From Octopus vulgaris (taxonomy: Eukaryota), in NCBI GenBank assembly GCA_951406725.2, contig OX597833.1:46624001-46688000 (forward strand): 64,000 bases of DNA, written 5' to 3'. The position numbers were made by a program, and so were the translations under genes. This document shows positions 54,752 through 64,000 of this stretch, piece by piece. Position 1 is the stretch's first letter. Every line of letters begins with the position of its first letter. The notes under the pieces are model-generated. The model was not told the origin of the DNA, did no database searches, and saw nothing but the letters and a program-made list of their open reading frames with translations.

Positions 54752-55101
54752 TAGGTGATGGTCTAGGGCTTAGGGGCAGGAGACCCCAGACCTTTGGAAA
54801 AAAAAATACTTTGGTCATTTTGTTGTAGTCGAGGGCTCTTCGTTGACACCCAACACCACTGGGAGGTGGCCCTCGAAGTTGCTGGAAATGGAGATCTCCA
54901 GGTCCAAATTCTTGTCATATATATATACGACGGGCTTCCTTCAGTTTCTTGTCATTCAAGAATTGGACCTGGAGATCTCCATTTCCAGCGACTTCGAGGG
55001 CCACCTCCCAGTGGTGTCGGGTGTCAACAAAGAGCCTTTGACTACAACAAGACGACCAAAGGTCTGGGGTCTCCTGCCCCTAAGCCCTAGACCGTCACCT
55101 A
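54752..55101. repeat. GC-rich 350-bp fold-back palindrome
   Basis: Arms 54752-54914 and 54957-55101 with a 42-nt spacer. Confidence 0.9.
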
Positions 55102-55589
55102 CAGGAGTCTCTATCTGCCATCGTTGGATGCCTATTGGTGTTGCTAGTGGTGGTGTCAATGGTGTTTGTAGTGATGGTGATGTCATTGTTAGTGATAGTG
55201 ATGGTGATGATGTTAGTAATGGCGGTGGTGTTGTCGTTAGCAATGGTGGTGGTGTTGCTGGGAATGATGCTGCTGATATTGATGTCATTTTTGTTAATAG
55301 TGGTGTTGGGATATTTGAAGTTGTTTGGTGTTGTGACTGTTTAGCCATGAACAAGAAGGCTTACGATCAAAGGCATTCCAATTGAGGTCATCCTGTCTTT
55401 TCCCAGACGACCAGGTAACTAAGGACAACATAACCCAAAATATCCTTTTCCAAAGGCAGTAAGGATGGTGACGTGAAGGAGATTTTGTTGCTATTTCTAA
55501 CAGACCAAACAACCACATAAAGGCTCCCCTGTTGGTCGATGTTACTAGTAGTGATGTTGTGTTGGTATTGTTGTTGTTGTTGTTGCTGG

Positions 55590-55623
<34 letters not shown>

Positions 55624-55852
55624 GGTGCACATATGGCAGCCAGTGATGGTAGCAATATTGCTGGTTCTGTTGACAATAGGAAATGCTCCGATGACTGCTA
55701 TTTGGGATGATCGACCCCACAGATTATAGCAAACAAAAGCTTCTTGCCCTGCTCTACTTGGTTTGAATACATAATAGCTGGTCATTTTTTTTACGAACAA
55801 CAACAACAAAATCACAATTATTAAAGAAATAGTCCAAAAAAAAAGAGAAAAC

Positions 55853-55965
55853 CATCATCATCATCATTAAAATTATTACTACTACTATTATTATTGCCAT
55901 TATTATCATTATCATTATTATCATCATTATTATCATCATCATTATTATCATTATTCTTCTTCTTA

Positions 55966-55999
<34 letters not shown>

Positions 56000-56013
56000 C
56001 ATTATTATTATCA
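55853..56013. repeat. (ATT/ATC)n microsatellite
   Basis: Direct reading. Confidence 0.9.
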
Positions 56014-56727
56014 TAGTAGTAGTTTTGCTGAGTGCTTTTTTTTTTTCCTTTTTAATTTCCCTTGTATTAACAGCCTTGTATACAATGTCTGCGTCTGTGT
56101 ACGCAGTGCTTAGTAGTACTATTAAGACTAAGAGCTAGGCTTAAAAGCCACCAGACAAAAGAGGTTTAGTTGTGTGGTGGAAATGATAGATGATAAGAGT
56201 GCCAGACTCTAAAAAGCCACAGACAAAAGCAGGCAGTCTTTTGAGTGGAAGAAATTACAGTGCTAAACTCTAAAAGCCATCAAGGCAAATGGAGGACAGC
56301 TAAAATCATAGAAATGATAGAGCCAGACACTAAAAAGCTAATATTATTTAGTTATATAGTAAGGCAGCAAACTGGTGGAGTTGTGAGCATCTAAGGTAAA
56401 ATGCTTGGCAGCATTTGTCCGTCTAAGTTCTGAGGTCAACTTTCCTTATCCTTTCAGGATCAATAAGATAAATACCAGTCATCTACTGGGGTTGATGTAA
56501 TCAACTTCCCCTTCCCCATAAAAGTTCTGAAAGGATTATTATTATTATTAAGGTAGTGAGCAGGCAGAATCGTTAGCATCGACCCCCCAGGACTTATTCT
56601 TTGTAAGCCTAGTACTCCCTTTTGCCGAACCGCTAAGTTATAGGGATGTAAACACACCACCATCGGTTGTCAAGCAATGGTGGGGGATAAACACAGACAC
56701 ACAAACATATACACACACACACATACA

Positions 56728-56772
<45 letters not shown>

Positions 56773-58700
56773 TATGACGGGCTTCTTTCAGTTTCCGTCT
56801 ACCAAATCCACTCACAAGGCTTTGGTTGGCCTGAGGCTATAGTAAAAGACACTTGCCCAAGGTGCCATGCAGTGGGACTGAACCCGGAACCATGTGGTTG
56901 GTAAGCAAGCTACTTACCACACAGCCACTCCTGCACCTATGTTTACATATTTTGTATACAGTGTATACTTTTATCTCATTTCCTTTTCTTTTAAGTAAAT
57001 TGTAAACTGTACCTGTAATGTTCTCTTTATCTGATGCACATCTGGCAAATTAAAGAAATTATTATTATTGCTATTGTTGTTGTTGTTGTTGTGATTGCTG
57101 CTGCCAAGGTTATGAAGATGTCCAAGACGATGAATAAATTTGAATATAATGGGAACTGAGTATGGTAGCTTGAAATTCTTGATTCCATACTGGAGCCAGA
57201 ATGGCTGATACGAAAGAAAAGAACATCCATTTGACACCCACCTTCTACAATGAATAATGCATGTAAGTGTCAAACATTTCAAACTCACCTCAGATGATGA
57301 TGATGATAATAATAATAATAATAATTATTATTGAGCTAAGGAAAACAACTAAGAATCAATGTGTGTAGGTGGAAGACAGATAGAGAGAGAGAGAGAGAGC
57401 AAAAGAGAGAGAGAGAAAGTGAGACAGATGTTCTAGAATCAACATGAAATACAAATAGATGAATGACACTACAGACTGAATGTAAAAGTACAATGAAGTT
57501 ATAGATAAGACTCCAGATCAGCCAAACTGAGCAGACCAATGATATGATTAAAAGCGCTCCGCCCTTGAGTATCTCATTTTTACCTTTTTCCTTTTTTTCC
57601 TTTTTTTTTTTTTATCACATAGGCCAGGCATGGCTGTGAAGTTTCAGGTTCAGTCCCACTGTGCAGCAGTTGGGACAAGTGTATTTTTTCTATTATAGAC
57701 CTTGGTTGACCAATGTCTTGTGAGAAAATTTAATAGACGGAAACTATGTGGAAGCCTGTTGTGTGTGTGTGTGTTTGTGTTTGTCCTTTGCACAAAAAAA
57801 TATGGCTGACGTGAGAAAGACAAAGCTAATGATAGAAACAGCTCCATAGCACATTTGAATTTGAACTACAAAAAAAAATAATTGAAAAACAGATAGGAAA
57901 AGAGATAAAAAAAAAACTAATGTTATCTCAGTCCTTAACTCAGTACTTCACTACAACCATAAAGACAAATCTTGAAAATTATATAAAGTGATTTTGTTGT
58001 TGTTGCTAAAGTTGTTTCCCCACTGTCCCTGAAGTCAGTTGACTCAAATTTTCATATAAAATGATGAATTAAAGAAGAAAAAAAATAATAACTAGGTGCA
58101 AGAATGGCTATGTTGTGTCCTCCAGGTGATCTGGTGACCTCTTTGACACCCTTCTGGCAATTCTAGGATAGGTGGGGCTCTACTAAAGGAAGTTGACCAT
58201 GGCAGCATTTGAACTCAGAACATAGAGAGTTTTAGCCTTCAAATGACGCCACCCTGCTGGCTAAGTGAGCAGGCCAACAGAAAAAAGAGTGAGAGGAAGT
58301 TGTGGCGAAAGAGTACATCAGGGATCGCCACCACCCCCTGCCGGAGCCTCGTAGAGCTTTAGGTGTTCCCACTCAATAAACACTCACAACGCCTGGTCTG
58401 GGAATCGAAACCACGATCTTATGACCGTGAGTCCGCTGCCCTAACCACTGCGCCATTGTACCTCCACTGTATATACATATATGCATATGTATGTATGTAT
58501 ATATATCTGTGTGTGTATGTATGTATGTATGTGTGTATATATGTATATATATATATAAATATATATATCATCATCATCATCATTTAGCGTCCGCTTTCCA
58601 TGCTAGCATGGGTTGGACGGGTCAACTGGGGTCTGTGAAGCTGGAAGGCTTCGTCAGGCCCAGTCAGATCTGGCAGTGTTTCTACGGCTGGATGCCCTTC

Positions 58701-58744
<44 letters not shown>

Positions 58745-59275
58745 GTGTGTGTGTGTGTCTATCTTTTCGTCTTGTTACATGATAGTTGTGAATGTGTATC
58801 ACTGTCATTCATTCCCAATCTTCCATGAAAACACATCTTGTCACAGGGAAATATCATCTTGCTTGGAAACAAAGAAGTGTTGGTGGCAGGAAAGGCACCC
58901 AGTATTAGGAAGAAAAAAAATCTACCTCAACAAATTCTATTTCAACCATGCAAGGTTGCAAAAGTTAATAATAAAATGATGACAATGACGATGACAAAAA
59001 TGAATGTTCAAAAGAAAAAAGAAAGAAAGAAAAGTGTAAGAAGATCATTTATTCTTTTTTTTAAAATTTTCTTTAATGATCTTTATACAACAGAAATTAA
59101 ACAAAACACAATTTCTAAATAACAGAAATATCTTCGGAGATGTTCTTGCATAGCAAGTGACTTGATCTGAGATCGTATGCTGAAACAAAAACAATTGCAG
59201 CATGGAAGGTGTTTATAAGCCCTTTAAAAACACACAAAAACCGTTAGATTCACTTCAACATCTAATTTTAATTTG

Positions 59276-59318
59276 TCAAAATATTTTCGTCGTTTTGAAA
59301 CCACAACTTATTCACTGA
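59276..59318 (-). ncRNA. minimal hammerhead-like motif with G3 core
   Basis: Minus strand reads TCA-GTGAATA-A-GTTGT-ggtttcaaa-ACGAC-GAAAATATTT-TGA. Confidence 0.4.
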
Positions 59319-60238
59319 AACAGGTGAAAAAGTAAAATGAATAATTGAAATATATTTTACATAGATTAATCTTGAGGCTAAAAATTTTTTCTCATAAATC
59401 ACAATTTATTTTGAAATTATACTCTACTATTTCAAGTACAACATTAATTTATATTAATCATCTTATACAAAATATTTCAACTTAGTATCATAGAATTTGT
59501 TTCTATTTCCATTTTCCACCCACCTCTTCTTGGACAAAATGCTTAGCAACATTTATTCCTGCTTCATATTCTGAGTTCAGATTCTACTGAGGTTCATTTT
59601 GCCTTTTATCCTTTCAGGGTCGATAAATGAATACTAGTTGAGCACTGGGTGGATATAGTCAACTAGCTCCCTTCTACCAAAATTTCAGGCCCTGCACCTA
59701 TAGTACTAAGAATTATTATTATTGAGTGAGAGAACAGTGCATGCCGTTAAAGTTGGGTCGGGACCCCCTTCGGTCATGACACTGACCATGGGATTGCACC
59801 TAGAAGGTTACCTTCCTAGTCACAAGTCTGGGCAAGGTGATTTATGGAAGACCAGAAATCACCCATGCATACCGGTCTCCCCTCTCCACGCCACCAGTGT
59901 TATCCAAGGGAAAGGCAAAGGGGCCGATACAGCTTGGCACCCATGACATCGCAACTCATTTCTACAGCTGAGTGAACTGGAGCAACGTGAATTAAAGTGT
60001 CTTGCTCAAATACACAACACGCAGCCCGATCCGGGATTCGAGCTCACAACCTCACGATCGTAAGCTCGACGCTCTAACCACTGAACCATGCGCCTGCCAT
60101 TAAAGTGACACTGGGGTAAAATATATGAAGCCCAGTACACCCATCATGACTACCTGTCTGATAATGGTACACTAGGTGCATGCATCACAACCATATGTGC
60201 ATGACATAGTGTTCTCATATCAAGATAAACAGTGCATG

Positions 60239-60367
60239 TTTGATTTGCTGTCAAGGTTGACTACTCTAGCTTTTTCCGTTCCCAAAGCAATTACAAAACC
60301 CTCACTGTATTGTAATTGCTTTGGGAAAGGAAAAAGCTAGGGGAGTCAACCTTGACAGCAAGTCAAA
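60239..60367. repeat. about 130-nt hairpin
   Basis: ttgctgtcaaggttgact...aagcaattacaa pairs with ttgtaattgctt...agtcaaccttgacagcaa. Confidence 0.85.
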
Positions 60368-60695
60368 GACTGGTGTCTTTCAGGTGATCTGGTGCCTTCA
60401 GTGAGGGTTTTGTACTTGGAGCTTTTCCCATAACATGCTAATTAATCTGTCAATAAAAAGCTACCAGTAATAGCACTAAGATTTATCCAGTCAACTCTAA
60501 AGATCTCCGACAAATAATGTGGCATTGTGCTATCAATATCAGAAGTCATTATCATTATGGGAACATTCCATGTTCATATCCTACCATAATTGATTCAACA
60601 TGCTGCTATTGGTGATTAAAATCCATATCAATTATGGGCTGGGGCCAAAGACAGACATCATCATTGTGGCTATTTATCTACACACATACTAGTGG

Positions 60696-60697
<2 letters not shown>

Positions 60698-60763
<66 letters not shown>

Positions 60764-60822
60764 GAGAGACAGAGGGACAGACAGACAGACAGACAGGCAG
60801 GCAGGCAGGCAGGCAGAGACAG
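60698..60822. repeat. compound (TG)(AG)(ACAG)(GCAG) microsatellite
   Basis: Direct reading. Confidence 0.9.
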
Positions 60823-62906
60823 AAAGTGAATGAATGAAAGAGAATGAGTGATAAAGAGCAATACAGGAAGTCTCAGAGAGGAAGTGATAAAGAGGGTGAG
60901 TAGGATGGAAATTGAACACATATGTCCTTGGTTTGCTCCCAAACACATTTTGCTATTATGTTACTAAAAATGATGATAATGATGATGATCACCAACAACA
61001 TACTATAATCATTAAATGTAATCTTATAACCTACTAATCCAAATGTTACTTACATGCATATATCTATTTTCTTAAAGGTAACCTTTCTAATGTACTTTAG
61101 CTACACTTCAATATACACACAGTAAGGCGTAGGAGTGGCTGTGTGGTAAGTAACTTGCTTACCAACCACATGGTTCCGGGTTCAGTCTCACTGCACGGCA
61201 ACTTGGGCAAGTGTCTTCTACTATAGCCTCGGGCCGACCAAAGCCTTTGTGAGTGGATTTGGTAGACGGAAACTGAAAGAAGCCCATCGTATATATATAA
61301 TGTGTATATATATATATATGTGTATATGTGTGTGTATATGTTTGTGTGTCTGTGTTTGTCCCCCCAACATCGCTTGAAAACCGAAGCTGGTGTGTTTACA
61401 TCCCCGTAACTTAGCGGTTCGGCAAAAGAGAACGATAAAATAAGTACTAGGCTTACAAAGAATAAGTCCTGGGGTCGATTTGCTCGACTAAAGGACCGCC
61501 ACAGTAAAATGACTGAAACAAGTAAAAGAGTAAAGAGAGTAAAACCAGGGCTGGAAATAAGTAAAAAGTAGGTTTTATATATACACATATACACAGATGT
61601 TCGTGTGTGTGTGTGTGTGTGTTTGTAACATGTAAAATTGTATTCGTGCCAGTGGCGCACAAGTTAACCTGTGCCAGTGGCACATAAAAGGCACCTAGCA
61701 CACTTTCAAGTATTGGGCCTCATGGAGGCAAAGTGGCTGAGTTCCTTTCAAGTGTTGGGCCTCACAAAGGCAATGACCAAAACCTTTGGCATTATGTTGT
61801 GCTTTAGAAGAAGACCCATAAAACCAAGCAAAATTGCAGTCATGGCAGATACTGATGTCACGCAAATGGTACCCATGCTGGTGGCATGTAAGGGTACCAA
61901 TTACAATCTCGGGGTGGTTGGCATTCAGAAGGGCATCCAGCCATAGAAGCCAAACCAAAACAGACGACTGGACCCTGGACAGCTCCCCAGCTCCAGTCAA
62001 ACCATCTAGCACATGCCAGCATGGAAAATACATGTTAAGCAATGATGATATGGTTGTACGGTTAAGAAGTTTGCTTTCTAACCTATTTCTTTACTACCCA
62101 CAAGGGGCTAAACACAGAGAGGACAAACAAGGACAGACACACAGATTAAGTCGATTACAGCAACCCCAGTGCGTAAGTGGTACTTAATTTATCGACCCCC
62201 GAAAGGATGAAAGGCAAAGTCGACCTCGGCGGGATTTGAACTCAGAACGTAGCGGCTGACGAAATACCGCTAAGCATTTCGCCCAGCATGCTAACGATTC
62301 TGCCAGCTCACGTGGTCTCTCAGGTTCAGTTTCACTGAGTGTCACTTTTGGCAAGTGTCATCTACTGTAGCCCCATGCCAATGAAAACCTTATAAGAGAA
62401 TTTGGTAAACAAAAATCAAAAGAAACCTTTTGTGTGTGTGAGAGTGTGTGCATGTGTGTGTTTACAAATACACTTCTCTCAAAATTCGTTCATCTATGGT
62501 CAGTAATATAGCTGTTATTTCACCTGACATTCACTCATCCATTGGCTTTTCACCTTTGAAGAAGTGTGGATTAAGATATGCTTTATTCAGAGGAAAAAAA
62601 TAAAAAACAAGCGAAGTTTAACTTTAAGGAGTAATCTGGTGGTTATAAAACAATGCCTCGATAATATATCTAATTTATGCTAGTGTGGAAAAAAAAGGAG
62701 GGGGCCAAAAAAAAACAAAAGAATAAACTTACACACACAATGAGAGAAAGCAAAAGGTGGAGACTTTCAGATGATGATTATTTAAGTATAGATATATAGA
62801 TATTTATATTAATGGGTCCACCCAAACCATTATATTAAATATGCTTAAAATATTTAATATCTTTAATTTGTTTATCCGCATAATTTCTCTCTCTCTCTCT
62901 CTCTCT

Positions 62907-62946
<40 letters not shown>

Positions 62947-63409
62947 TAAATATATAAATTAAATTAGAGATAAAACCACTATTAGGCAAATCAAACAGCG
63001 AAAAACATAAACCAAAACATAAAAATAAATATAATTAATATAATATACAAAATATATAAAATATAAAACTTAAAATATAAATTATTTAAATTTAAAATTT
63101 TTAATTTATATTTATAAATTTTTATATTTTTTAAATTTTAAATTTTTAAACTTTTAATTTATTTATTCATTTATTTATATTTTTATTACTATTATATATA
63201 CATATATATATATATATAAACATTTAATCCATGATCAGACGAGATATAGTTTCTTTCATCTGAATTAACGATTACAGATTAAATGATTATTCACTCTCAG
63301 ATTTGTCTTCAAGGCCTTTACTTCTTATGTGGCTGCATATAGCTCTCTTAAACTTGTTATCCACTGGAAAACACCCCCCCACACACACACACACATACAT
63401 ACGAACATA

Positions 63410-63770
63410 TTTCCTCAAATGTCCAGGGAGGTCCCTGGAAATAGTAGATAATTTTTGTTATCTAGGAGCAGTGGAGGTGGCTCTGAAAGCATAGTTGCTT
63501 GAATAAGAACTGGCTGGACAAAGTTCAGTGAGCTATTACCTTTGTTGGTAAGAAAGGACTTCATTCTCACAGTGAAAGGCAGACTGTATGATGTTTGCAG
63601 TGAAACATGGGCTGTAACTACAGAGGACATGCAAAAGCTTGAAAGAAATGAAGCCGTCATGTTCCATTGCACATGAAGCCATCATGTGCAATGTCAGTGA
63701 GTATATATGACAAAGTGTAAATGCTTTGAGAGAAAAACTGGGTATAAGAGGAATCATTTGCAGTGTGGAA
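63410..63770 (+). mobile_element. decayed RTE-like LINE fragment
   Basis: SLEIVDNFCYLG (RT YLG motif) followed by a SETW remnant; related to 38330-39105. Confidence 0.7.
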
Positions 63771-64000
63771 TGGCACCCCTGCTAGTGGCACATAAAGGCA
63801 CCAATTACAATCTCAGGGTGGTTGGCATTAGGAAGGGCATCCAGCTGAGGAAAACCATGCCAAATCAGACTGGAGCCTGGCATAGCCTTCCAGCGTGCCA
63901 GCCTAGTCAAACCATCCAACCCATGCCAGCATGGACAACGAATGTTAAATGATGATGATGTTGATGATGATGATGATCTATTCATTTATAAAAGTTCCGA

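Noticed and set aside
54794-55815. ORFs of 98-180 aa
   Set aside because: They derive from a palindrome and trinucleotide repeats; no recognisable domain or splice context.

Overview
AT-rich, repeat-dense animal genomic DNA. The SINE/RTE-tail repertoire and long (TA)n tracts suggest an octopus or other coleoid cephalopod (inference). Two convergent spliced genes are present: the last coding exon of an FBXL8-like F-box/LRR gene (+, 2746-3661), and eight exons of a PPP1R16A/B (MYPT3/TIMAP)-like ankyrin-repeat PP1 regulator (-, 52763->6724). I spliced the eight exons by hand: all introns are GT-AG and the frame is continuous for 841 aa, ending in KKCCCVIM. The 5' exons of both genes were not found here. 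Almost all other ORFs in the track are microsatellite or repeat noise. The introns hold tRNA-derived SINEs, truncated RTE-like LINEs, mariner remnants, hAT/piggyBac/Merlin-like MITEs with TSDs, and several long fold-back palindromes. The most striking signal is that four unrelated repeat families each carry a minimal type-I hammerhead-ribozyme-like motif with the same architecture: helix I, 7-nt core, one extra nt, helix II, GAAA, palindromic helix III ending NUU, helix I'. Their cores differ at the 3-8 pair (C3-G8, U3-A8, G3-U8) and one family has U6. One is fused to a tRNA-derived head and sits in a long palindrome. Ribozyme activity is untested.
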